A stretch of 64,000 nucleotides of DNA, from positions 62,001 to 126,000 of the IMG/VR virus record IMGVR_UViG_3300009703_004110. The stretch is one strand, 5' to 3'. The notes beneath the pieces are model-generated. The model was given only the letters and a program-made list of their open reading frames with translations. It was not told the origin of the DNA and searched no databases. Shown here one piece after another: positions 36,501-47,800 of this stretch (positions are counted from its first letter, which is position 1; each line of letters starts with the position of its first letter). The position numbers were made by a program, and so were the translations under genes.

Positions 36501-38062
36501 TCAATATGAGATAGAACAACATAATTTTTTGCGTCCGCAGACACGTCGGCTAGAGCTGTATTTCTATGGTATTTTGATATCTCTGCTCCGCCAACATAGT
36601 CCTCTGTCTTTTCTAAAGTAACAGCAAATCCATCATCAGAATAAGCTGTACCATTAACTACCTCAATGCCATCAGAGTGCACTACATACCATAATGAATG
36701 CTCAGAGTCATCAACATATCTTTGCGTATTTGGATCAAACTCAGTAAACTTGCTTTCTTGCTTTGCAAATTTCTCTAATGTAGTAAGAGGCACACCTTCT
36801 TCGTTCTTTTTAATAACCTTATCAAAGCCCTTTTCCATTAAGACTTTACCCGTTCTATTGTCACCTCGGCGACTTACTAAAAAGGCGTAGTACTTATCAG
36901 GCTCTACTGAAGGGTCTATATTTGGATCTGCTAGCAGCGTGCCAGAGAAGTTGAAGCTAACAACTCTCGGAGTATCGTCCAGAACATATCCCAGGTCTTC
37001 CAAGTCAGACTGATTAAAAGACATCTCTATAATTGGAGATCCCTCTGGATCGAAATCTATTAGATCGTCTGGAACTGCATCGGTAGGGCACTTTGGTTCT
37101 AAAGCTAGTTCATGCAGGGCAATAACTAAGTCACCAGACCAGTCAAATTCTTCATCTGCATTTGCCGTATCATCTTCTTCTACAGATAGAAGAATATCTA
37201 TTCTCTGTATATTATTAGAATGAGATAAGAACTTCTGGCCATAAGATATGGTGGTGTCTGCATCAACATCGAAGGCAATTTGCCCGTTACCCACCAATTC
37301 TATATACATATCTGATATACTAATCGCAGAACCAAGAGCGTCCTCTATTTCCTCTTCGATATCTTTGTCAATATCTGAAGTAACAAAGTCTCTTAGGCTA
37401 ATATTTGGAGATTCTACCTGGCTTGACATCAATGGATATGGATATACTCTAAGTGGCTCTGCCTTCTTGACAATCATATATCCGCTATTTAAGGCAATTA
37501 AATCTTCACTTTCTACGGAGGCATCAAGCTCGGTCCTGCCGGTTCCTCCAGAGAAATTATTAAACATGATGGCTACAACTTCTCTATAATAATACTTGGT
37601 AAGCCTCTGTCCGTTCTGTTTGAACTCTATGACTTCGCCAACCAACTGGCCCTTGGCATCGATTCCGTCAAAAGCCCAGCCAATAAGAAGGACTCTAACT
37701 GATTTTCTTCCGATCACATCTGCGTCAACTAATTCTAATACTAATCTTTCACCTCTGACACTATCAGTAGGCTGCCTGTCAAAGAATATGCCTTTTCCGT
37801 CATATTCTCCGCCCTCTATATCTTCTTTAGATTCGTTCTCGTCGTCGTCATCTATAACATATTTACCAGGGAACCTTGTATCTAAAAGAATCTCCTCTTC
37901 GAACGGGTTACTGTTTACCACACCACTACCATGATAATCAATAACTAAATCTGACAAGACAGAAGTTTTATGAATCTGCTCGGTATCTAAATCTGATTCC
38001 GTAACTCTCTGCCCGTCAAAGAAGTTTACTCTTTTCGGGATCTGGCGTTCTCGTCTTGCCAT
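33512..38062 (-). CDS. 1516-aa acidic virion (baseplate/fibre-attachment) protein with dockerin-like loop pair
   Basis: N-terminal RVNFFDGQRVTESDLDTEQ resembles contractile-tail baseplate-associated proteins; position after the wedge genes; AGGAG SD. Confidence 0.6.
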   Translation of the reverse strand: MARRERQIPKRVNFFDGQRVTESDLDTEQIHKTSVLSDLVIDYHGSGVVNSNPFEEEILLDTRFPGKYVIDDDDENESKEDIEGGEYDGKGIFFDRQPTDSVRGERLVLELVDADVIGRKSVRVLLIGWAFDGIDAKGQLVGEVIEFKQNGQRLTKYYYREVVAIMFNNFSGGTGRTELDASVESEDLIALNSGYMIVKKAEPLRVYPYPLMSSQVESPNISLRDFVTSDIDKDIEEEIEDALGSAISISDMYIELVGNGQIAFDVDADTTISYGQKFLSHSNNIQRIDILLSVEEDDTANADEEFDWSGDLVIALHELALEPKCPTDAVPDDLIDFDPEGSPIIEMSFNQSDLEDLGYVLDDTPRVVSFNFSGTLLADPNIDPSVEPDKYYAFLVSRRGDNRTGKVLMEKGFDKVIKKNEEGVPLTTLEKFAKQESKFTEFDPNTQRYVDDSEHSLWYVVHSDGIEVVNGTAYSDDGFAVTLEKTEDYVGGAEISKYHRNTALADVSADAKNYVVLSHIEEFVTPNVHPRTGNYVFTRIKDTGAISIVDADGLTELLEDTTPLLLAKIIDKNVRDAQSITGSFSKPGMVLPDRVVISSPSSELIQENLVGRIIVPDTDCQCTASYRIAKVECDTVRAGDLGRDGEVTEADMGLLLDVVGHTINSEKTEREILTGDLDLADFILSDLDLNETVDGFDIELLEDAIDGYFNFTVAEEIQFLTLRLENILSSSDNPTIFTDAADSGLTTADTNEITFEVTTDNLGLSMRIGDTVEIESSSSDAGVYTITSKQIADDNITVTVEVNDSAGDAASFSGDTGFNVTVVSATEVNTFADNNELTDVPFASTNYEISFIEAPFEARFLEVCDLRRFVGVSFLEEEEEDCLCDEDECLPTPDCTPIYKNQTYVPDDMYIGGSILSEPGVPYHGDIEFTKVDIPLPPGTISDCSVNLYTNFIKASDISACKTESGFPAMKYSDGTYVGCNDSGDDTDIANGKVKISHAIASLHVDALVDGYATDGYADATLTITDEQLVTELFTDYSYDSFEDWSADPSNNTTITDITNAAGSNTPANFELTTTGDSGDRFGRLNIESAADDFTGDFVLDWTASRSTWPDSSMAAGEVSSFMTITVTNTDGSSAIYKMGWVVKNDGKTSLFFFGDIKNTLATTISTFEHTIDAPDAVGDEVLFRFRRLNDVITAHYVVPGTISETESPFGQYVRIGTNPDVQPGEGTVSTSFEIMQTGSPTEALSFFSKLHEAVVRYDYISDDEPTNVIIGRDKDTREIRRATYTFPVNLTSKTSVVSADLILTSKTSDTISSTYNVLPLDIVDADNLSKYFDYPIVQDVSQIIPFSPGTIVDGGEISIDVTSTVIAMLANTGHLPGFLKGFTIEPDITADAEFEIDPNVTLVIGYEDTTTGVIFKVGVSIDNETGIATFNTRNILYDSSIEESRTVISFGVYLKKAGFINDDLYIPINDLNRIGLGTCADEEVLDEDDECFFIAGTTATGTFVQGPFPCQFALP

Positions 38063-38118
38063 TAAATTAACTCCTAAGTACTGCGGTCCTCGTAAAAAAC
38101 CATATAATTAATAGAGGT

Positions 38119-38853
38119 CTATGTATCTAAAAATCTATTATACTTTCTTTCTAGATATAGTTCTGCATCATTATATATCCACTTACCAAACTTTATAGTG
38201 TCTTTTTTGCTCATTCTAAAGTGATAGCAATTATTATAATTATATACACAACCACCAGATACTTCAGATTCACTTCTTATAACATTAATAAGTTCATTTA
38301 AAAAAGCTTCAGATGCGGACAAGATAGTACTATGGTATGACTTACTTGCCTTATGAAAATAAATTGTTCCATCACCATCAAAAAAGCCTCTTATATAGTG
38401 ACTTAAAAACCTATTAGGAATGTTAGGAAACTTCATATTAAATGTTTTTCTCGGCCTAATGCCAAGATCAGATATCTCCCTATGAAGGTTCTTGTTAACA
38501 ATAGAAAATGTAACAGTTGGACTCCGTCCCTCATAGTTATAATAATAAATAGAGCCGAATCCTAGTTTTTGCTTTAAAGACTCAAGTAATAATTTATCTT
38601 TTTGATGCAAAGTTATAGTCACATTATATCTTTTTGATGATAAATTACCATCAGCAGATAATAATCCTAAGAAGTAATAAAACTCTTTATTTTCATTTAT
38701 TCTAATATCAATAAATTTACTTAAGCCGAGATATCTAACTTTTTTATTTATAGAACCAAGACTTCGTCCTAGACTTTTGGCTATTTCTTTAGCAGTTTTA
38801 TACTTGTAAAAATCTTTAAGATACTTCGTTTCTTCATCTGACCATTTTTTCAT
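38119..38853 (-). mobile_element. Free-standing LAGLIDADG homing endonuclease
   Basis: YFLGLLSADG and YIRGFFDGDG helices; N-terminal KKWSDEE..LKD.Y HTH-like module. Confidence 0.82.
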
Positions 38854-38854
38854 C

Positions 38855-41800
38855 TTAACATTCCGATTTTACAAATTTAACTAACGCATTAGAATGTGCC
38901 GGTTTAAGTCTGTCTACTAAGTCAATAATTAAGTCCTCTACTTCTCCGTCATTTTTACCCACAACCTTGTCAAAATTGTCAATTATTAGTATATCAAAAT
39001 CAAATATACCATTTTTAGGATCGATTATAGTTGCAAATTTATCCAGCTTTTCTCCATCGGCATCGAAATCTAAAATAAATGATGTCGCATCGTCCTCCAC
39101 AACGGGGAAGATGGTGTCGGTATTACTCGAATAATTAGTATCTACGAAGTTTCCTAATGAGTCTCTGGTTGTATTTCTCATTATTCTACTGAATCTCATA
39201 TTGTCTAATCGTGATCGCGCAGTGTTATCTCCGTATACATCAGAGCCTATTGATATGATTCTAAACTCAGAACCTAAATCAATTCTATAATCCTTTGATT
39301 TTGCTTGACCTGAATTTTGAATGTACTGACCATAAATATATCCTGTACCATAAATTAGACCAGTACCGTATCTGATTATACCACCTTCAACTCCGTCTAC
39401 AAATATTCTCATAGTATCACTAGACTTGGTGCCAGTTTTATAAACGCACATTACTCTGTGCCAAGTATTCTTCTTCCAGTTGACATCAGAAGTTACCACA
39501 TTGTCTACTCCATCAGCAGTTATGCCAAAGACAATTTGGCTATATTCATTCTTAAATATGGAGACTCTATCACCAGAGGAATCTAGTGGAATATATGTAA
39601 CTACTACATCTATAACTTGGCCAGGAAGAGCATCAGATAGATGAATAGTTTTGCCATCGGCAGATAGCTTGCTTCCGATCGAGAAGTCTTTATCGACCCC
39701 TGTGCCGCCCTCAAGTCTACCACTTATCTCACGCCTTGAAATCTCATCAAAAAGTATAGAATTGATTTCACTATCGCTATACATAGATTCAAATCTTGCA
39801 GCGGCGGTTAGCAGTTTAACGCTTACAACTTCGCTGGCCGGATTAGGCAATTCAATTATAGTAGAAGACTCAGACTTTATTCTTTCTCTTTTAATATCAG
39901 CAATGTCAACGTAATACCTTCTATCCTGGTCTATCTTTGTATCCAGAACAGGGCTCACCCAAAACTCTATAGTTCCCTCTGATGCTCTGAAATGTGCCAA
40001 GTCATTATCAAATAGAAGCCCAGAACCAGATTTGAAATATCCAGATTTTCCAAATGAATCATTGACACTCTCACTACCAATTTGAGTTTCGCTAAAGTTG
40101 TTATAATAAAAGGCTTTATTCATGATTGGACCATCACCAGCATAAAGAGCTTCATAATAAGTTTTCTCAGCCATATCCTGATCAAATCCCATGTGAATCA
40201 TGGCCGATACAAATTCATCTGAACTACCAATTAAAGTAAGAAGCTCTTCGCGTTGACTTACTGTTAATTTAAACTTCACATTGTTATCTTCATCTAGATA
40301 TTCTTTTGTTCTTAACTTTCTATTCTGTTGCTCTATTGGGTTATTAAAATGTATCAAAGCAAGGGTTTGCTCATCAGCACAGAATGGATTAGTAGTATTA
40401 AAATCCTTAGTTATGCTTCTAGTTCCAGCGGTCTCAGTTTCATAACTTCTAGTGTCACTTGAAAGTTCAGATATGATTCTAAACTCATCTATCACACCAT
40501 CCCAACTATGCTCTCCATGGTTGTCAGAACCAATATATAATCTACTTCCAATCTGCGGAACAGAGACTCTTAAGTATGATGGATAATCTATACGATACTT
40601 ACCCTGATGTAATTCAAATGGGAATAAGCCATTTGAACCCTGGGTTGTTATAGTGTATGTTCCGTTTTGATAATCAAAAATCTCTGCATAGTCGCCACTA
40701 TTATCGGATACAGTTATTGGGTTTACTTCCTCTATAGATACAACTCCAAGCTCGAAGTAATCTGGGTCAGCTATGATAACAGAGCCTTCTATTCTATCAA
40801 CATCTGTAAAGAACAGTTCACCAGAAAAATATCCATTTCTAGATATAATAAATGTTTCTTCATCAGCGTTATCTGTTGTCTCTCCATAAACTGTTATCAG
40901 ATTTTGGCCGCCAGTTACATACCCATCAGTATATCCGTCAGTATCACAGAAGACAATATTATCTGAATCAAACCAAAGATTAAGAAGCCTTCCAAGGTCC
41001 TGCTTATTAACTCTTCCAGGATTAGAAGAGACGTTGTTTGTTTCCTTATCTAAAGATATGCTGAACGTTGCTAGATAATTTCCATCAGCCCTAAGCTCTG
41101 TACCGCCTATATCAATAACCGTACGATCCATTATAATCCTGGTTAACTTAACATCTGCTAGAGACAATGGTTCGGTACCATAAACTCTGGCCACGCTTTT
41201 ACCACTATGAGGTGAGTCGTCTGTCAAATATGATGACGCAGATAGATCTAGGATCTGCTTGCAGCGCTGCAAGTTTAGTCCGAAAGTTTCTAGATGAATG
41301 TCTATATCGCTCAACAAGACGGTGGCAACTGTATCACAATTTCCATCTTCACCGACAAATTCAACAACACGAGTATCTAGATTTGCTCTGAATTGAGGCT
41401 TCTCTATATTGGTACCACTAATGATATCAATCTCACCATCAGACACTTCATATAGAATGCCTCCAAGCTCTTCGATTGAACTATCGGACAAGGTTCTGTA
41501 TATTGTAAACTTAGAATTTCTAAGATCAGTTAATACAGGTGATAATAGCCCAGCAGTTGGAGGAAATTTAAACTCAATATCTGATGCAGAAACAGAAAAT
41601 GTTATAGTTTCAAAACTACTTCCAGAGCCAAGAATTGCGGCCCCACCTACCACGCTTTTAATTATATATTCTCCATTGATCAAATTAGAACCAATGGTAC
41701 TTCCGGTAATCAGAATACTTCTTCCGACCATGTCATCCGTAAATGTTAGTTTACTAGATGAGAAGCTGGTACCGCCCGCAGAAACTGTTCCTTCTGTATA

Positions 41801-44800
41801 TGTATCACAAAACTCTATGTCATCTACTAGGAAGTTATGTAGAGTTTCTTTACTTACATCAGAGAACTTTGCATTTACTTTTAATGGCACTGTTCCACCA
41901 AACTTGTAAATATTTGGAGCCTCAATTCCGTCAACAAATAGATGCATCTCATCTTGCTCGTCGATAGAATTCAACTTCCAACTAGCAGCAATGTGATGAA
42001 GTTCGCCAGCAACCCAGTGCTTAATATTGGTACCTAGATTATACATACCAACTTCTTGACCAAGAGAAAGTGATTCATCATATATTCTGAAGTTCAAGAA
42101 CCCTTTTCCGTCTTTGAAAATAGATATTCTTCCATGATGGTCATCCATAGCAGAGTCTATAAAGTATTTTGCCGAATCTGCTGACATCAAAATTTCATCT
42201 ACGCCAACAACTGGGACTATATAACCATCACTACTTCCGTATGCATCGAAATATCCGTCCAAACTATCAATATTAAATTCAAATCTAATGTTTGAATCAG
42301 TATTTACAAAGATATCTGTACTTTCTAATTGATCAGTTCCATCAAAGTTATTTCCAGAATATTCAATTAAATCAACATCTATTATATTTGATTCATTTGC
42401 AGCATTAAATTCTGCAACAGATAGAATGTCACCGTCAAGTACATGTACCGCAAGTTTTGGATCCTCCATGCTTTCTGGAGTATCAAATTCTGATATTGAC
42501 ACCTGGCTTAACAATAGTTCATCAACATAGAGTTGAAAAATCTGGGTAGATTCTGTAATCACTACTTTGTATTCGTGATATGCATTATCATTCCAATCAT
42601 AAGAAATATAATCCACAATCATTCCAAGTGAATTGTCATAAATGATAACCAATGGTTCTGCAGTAGATGTAACACCAAGTACGATTTTAATATCGGCATA
42701 TGTATTAGCTATATGTATTGGAACAATGCCTGTGATAACACCGGATACTGCTCCAGAGAAAGTACCAACCCCGCTATCTTGTATGTCCGTATCAACCTGT
42801 GCTACCCTCATAGAATTAATAAATTCTATATTTCCACCGCCACATGGAATCCTTGTGTAAAGAAAATTTCCATTTTCATCTTTACATTCATCTGGATCTG
42901 CTGAAGACATACGATAAATACCATCACTGACTGTAGTTAAGAAATCACCAACCTTAATCCATGGCTCATAGAAGGTCTCACGACCACCTAGAATAACGTT
43001 GATCAAATCAGAATCTACTTCCTCAAGGTTGACCCACCCTATGTTTTCAAGAAGCTCTTCGCTGCAATATCTGAAGGATGCACTGCATTCTCCAGCATCT
43101 GTACAGCCGTCAATCTCATCTCTAGAGGCTCTAACTACAGAAGAAAATGCACCATCAGTGTCAATCTCGCCAGAGAATTTATGATCTACCTCGAAGGTAG
43201 TAAAGATTGAAGTATATGTTCCATCATCATGAAAGACCACACCGTCTGGTATGTCGAGACCCCTAGTAGATCTTGCTCTAAAGATCCATTGGCCTGCTAT
43301 ATCAGATAGTGGAGACACGCATAGTTCGTCATATCCGATAAAGATTCCATCGTCTGTATCAATATTTTTAGGCAGCCCAATAGATGTTTTAGGAGAATCT
43401 TCTCGGTTGATTGTGAATGGAGATGTAGTTGGGTTGTATCCATCACGTCCAATATACACATCTGATAAACTATAGCGATTTTCAACAGTGATTCTGTTTC
43501 TAAATATCTGTACCTCGGCATATAGATTGTTCACAGGCACAGATAGAATTCCTCCAAATGGCTGCGTAACAAGCTTCATAGTTGTCAATGGAAGAGTTAC
43601 TGCATCTTCAAGATCGCTATAAAAGAACTTGAATATTGCTCCATCTATTCTAATATCAACAATATTATCTTTCAATATCTTGACTAGTTTTATATTCTTA
43701 TATTCACTCCAATTAATCATGCTATATTCTAAATTAGAAAATGCTCTTAAGGAGGATGAGTTACTGGTGCTTGAGACTCTGAATGCCTTTGCATATATAT
43801 TTAGTAATCCGCTTGGCAAGTTTGCGTTAATCGCATCACGACCCTGCTGAGACATATGCTGACCATTAATTGGGAACCTTTCTACCAGGACTTTCCTTGC
43901 ACTGCTTGGAATTACATCATTAACAATGTCTCCATTGTCTAGTTCAAAGCCTATAACCTGCCAGTGCGTACCAGTTGTATCAATAACAACTAGCGATTCC
44001 GGAACAAAGTCAATTAAAGTTAGCTTGTCTGTATGTGTTTTAAAATCAATAGAGACGCCAAGATCAATTTCTATTATTTCACTATTGAATTTTTCTAATA
44101 GAGCGACGTTGTCTGTTATAGAGCAGCTGCACGACCTTAGATAATGTGGCCTGTCATACTGGGGAAGATTTGTAGAACTAATATCATATTCGCTTGTGTT
44201 GAAAGAGGTACCCTCAAACAACTCTTTTAAGACCAGCTCTCCACCGATAAGTTTTGTTCCATCTAGCATTCCAAATTTAGTGAATGTATAGGAAGATTCA
44301 AGTTCATAAGTCTCAACCTGAGAGTGATGTCTAATTGCCGCATAAGGCAATTTAATTCTAACCTCATGAATTGAATCTGTTGCTTCATTATAGTGATTAA
44401 TCTGGTTGACCAAAGCGAAGTACCCTTGTGCCAGTCCGGTCGCAACGCTATCATCAGATCTATAATTAAAGAATCTAAATCCAAGACCAGTATCATCTAT
44501 CCCGCCTTGCAGATCGTCCGCCTCTGGAATGTCCCATCCGGATGCAAAAAGCTTATCCTTAGGGTCTGTGAAAAACTTCTGCTTTCCGAGATTATCAATT
44601 GAGAAAGTTAAGTCTGCGTCGTTGTCAATTCCGGACCAGTTTGGTCGAACCCATCCCTCAACCGTACCTTCTTCCAGGGCAAGGCTTGATATTGCTGGTA
44701 TGTCAACGGTGGTATCTTCTTGAAATAGAAGGCCATCTTCGAACTTTCCGTCTTGGAATTCTAAATCTCCAGAGAATTGTGGCTTATCAATATGCAGATG

Positions 44801-47800
44801 ATCTCTTCCGAGAATCCAGTTACCAAATATCATCTCGTCGATGGCCGGATTTATTTTAGTAAATGATTTAACCAAGTCTTCAAAGGCGGGGATTGTTGGT
44901 CCTTTCGGAAATGCCTGTAAAGTTCCGGAGATGGCATCACGATATAGTTCCCTGTCTATGTTAAGAGGGAAGGTTCCAAAGAATGGAATGTCTGTAAGAG
45001 ATCCGAAATTGGCTCTTAGGGCTTCACGCCCAGCACCGTACCTGTAAGAAACATAGTAGCTATCACCTTCTAGTCGGGCGTCGCTAATGCTCCAGTCTAT
45101 CTGATTGTCACCGTACTCATAGGATATTGACAGCTTGTCTTTGACGTAATTATAATCTACATATACAAAGCCGTATCTAAAGTCAATGGCCAGGGCCTCT
45201 CCTACATCTGGAATTAATGTTGTTAGATAAATAACCCTAAGGACGTCTCCAGAGTTAATAGGGGCATCAGATGGGATGGTGATAGTCAGCACGCCACCAG
45301 ATATATCAACCGTTGGCTTAACCACTATGGCCGTACCTTCTCCTGAAGAATCCAGCTCCGGCAGATCTGCATTAGAGTTATTTATTGCTGGTGATACCAA
45401 AGTAAGTGTAGATAGGGTTGTATCTGCTGCGGTAATTTCAAATCTGTTGCCATCAGAATCTAGCAGGAAGTCTCCTGACGCATCTATATCATCAAGATCG
45501 TCTGTTGAAATAAAGGCTGTTGCTGCCCCAGATCCTGCAGATTCGGCTGCAACAACTTTAATGCCGGAGAACTTAGTAATATTCAATTTATCATCAAACA
45601 AGTCTAGTTCAGTTTTTACTTCGACCACTTTATGCAGAGAGGAGACATTGCTATCGTATATAGTTATAACAAAATCACCGTCACTATTTGCATAAGCACG
45701 TCTTTCTTTTATAGTCTTTAAGTCTATTACATTTTTCTCGAATGTAACAATGGAATTGTCATATAGATTCTTACCGCCATCTGCTGCTATCTTTAGAAGA
45801 TCGGATGCAGATGATTCGGCAACTCTATTTTCAATATCGTTACGATCAAGACCAGTTCCGGTCAAGTCAGTTACTTTGTTAATTGATAAAATAGACTGAA
45901 CATCATGTGGCACTACTATAGTGTAGTCTTCTAATACTTCATAAATAGTTTGGAACTCACCATCTAAATCAGCAGCCTCAACATCTTCTTCCCAGATAGC
46001 AGTAGACTGTTCTATATCCAGGATCTTAATTATCTCTGTGTCATTACTTAGAAGATCATAAATTATTCTAGCATCTTCCAGAAGGTCAGGACTGTTAGAT
46101 TTCTTGGCTGCACCGGCCGCATCAAGAACATTACCATTGCGAGCCTTAACTCCAAAATAATTATAAGATGTATTTCCAATTGTAATATTCTGGGTATTAG
46201 ATGTTGCTAAATAAACAATTCCATTCTCATAATCAATAGCATAGTCACCAATTTTACGTAGTCTAGATAGATTTTCATAGAAATCTGTAGTCTTATCAAT
46301 AGTTAAAGCCTTACTTATTCCACCATCTGTAGTGTCATCAATACCTCCAGTTGAAGATACAGGAGAGAAGTATTTTTCATCCAAGAAGAGCGTCTTCTCT
46401 GAAAAACTAATAGAAGAATTAACCAAGCTTCCAAGTGCGTCGAGATTATTATTCATAATCCCTTCTTGATCAAGGTAAATCTGATAAGTATTTAATCCGA
46501 TAATTACGGTAGAGCCCGAGGATGGAGGAGTGGCCGCTGAATTCATAGCAAAAGATGTAATTAGATTATTGCTATCTGGGTCTCCAAAGAATTTGATTTG
46601 AGTATCCTCAATAACCACATCATCATTTGTTGTTGTGCCTCTTACAAAATAGCTATCTGAAGTAAATGTAATTAGCTCTGCAGGTATGCCTGGTGTAAAC
46701 TGAGTAGAATTAATGGACGCAGTAGAAGTAATCTCCACAGTAAAGGCCGGAGATACAAATGCTCCAATGACTTCAAGCTCCTCATTAATTACACGTTCAA
46801 ATCTTGCGACTTCAGAATTTACTTCGATTATCTCTGGCGATCTATTTCCGGAAAAGAAAATTTCTGTATCTGAATGATAAAGCGGATTATAAATTTCTCC
46901 AGTAGTTTGATTCAAAATTCTGAAGACGTCTGTTACGGGAGCATTTTGCGGAAGTACGCTGAATGAACCGGATAGATTATTTTCAACTTGCTCGTTTATA
47001 ACCTCTATATGGGAAGAGACCTTGTAGTCTGTACCCTCTGCAAAAACTTTGTCATAATTGATTTCTATTTCAGCTTCTTCACTTATGATGCTTCGATCAG
47101 GATGGCCAACAAGATCCTGGCCATCTATAGAATAGTCCACATCCTGAGAGAATTCTTTGCGATAGTTATAATCCATTACATAATTGTTGCGGGCAGTACC
47201 CTCACCAATCTCTACGCCAAGAACGAATACCTCTCCGGTCTCATAATTAACAGAGTACTCTCCAGACAATAATGGCATCCTAGAAGATCCGAATAGAACT
47301 TCCGTTGCAAACTCTGGAGGTGTTTCATCGGACTTTTCAGTTAACTTAAAAGTAACTCCACCTTTAGAACTGAACACATCATTGCTGCTATCTACAACTG
47401 GCGCATTATCCAAAAAGAAGCTAACCGCATTTGAAGGCACAGGCTCGTTTACTACACTCTTTATTTTAGATACAGAAACCGAGTTTTCCAAAATATATCT
47501 GCCGAGATCTTTATACAGGTAAGAAACCTTAATAGTATCTAGAGAACCAGGTCTACTGATATTTCCAAATTCAGATAGGAGCACCTGGTTACTTTTCAAC
47601 TTACTGAAAGAAAAGGCGTTTAGTTGATCATACCTATTGCTAAGTATTGTATACTTATGTTTATCAAGATCATATTCATCACCAAGGTTTCCATCACAAT
47701 CCTCTATTTCTCCATTTCGTATATGAAGAACAGATAGAATTCGAATTACATTATTCTTAGCTAGGCTTAAAAGATACCCATCAAAACTATTTCCTTCTGA

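Noticed and set aside
26771-38853. LAGLIDADG genes as parts of group I introns or inteins
   Set aside because: Flanking genes have plausible intact termini, gaps are too short for intron cores, and no intein N-/C-terminal splice motifs are in frame.
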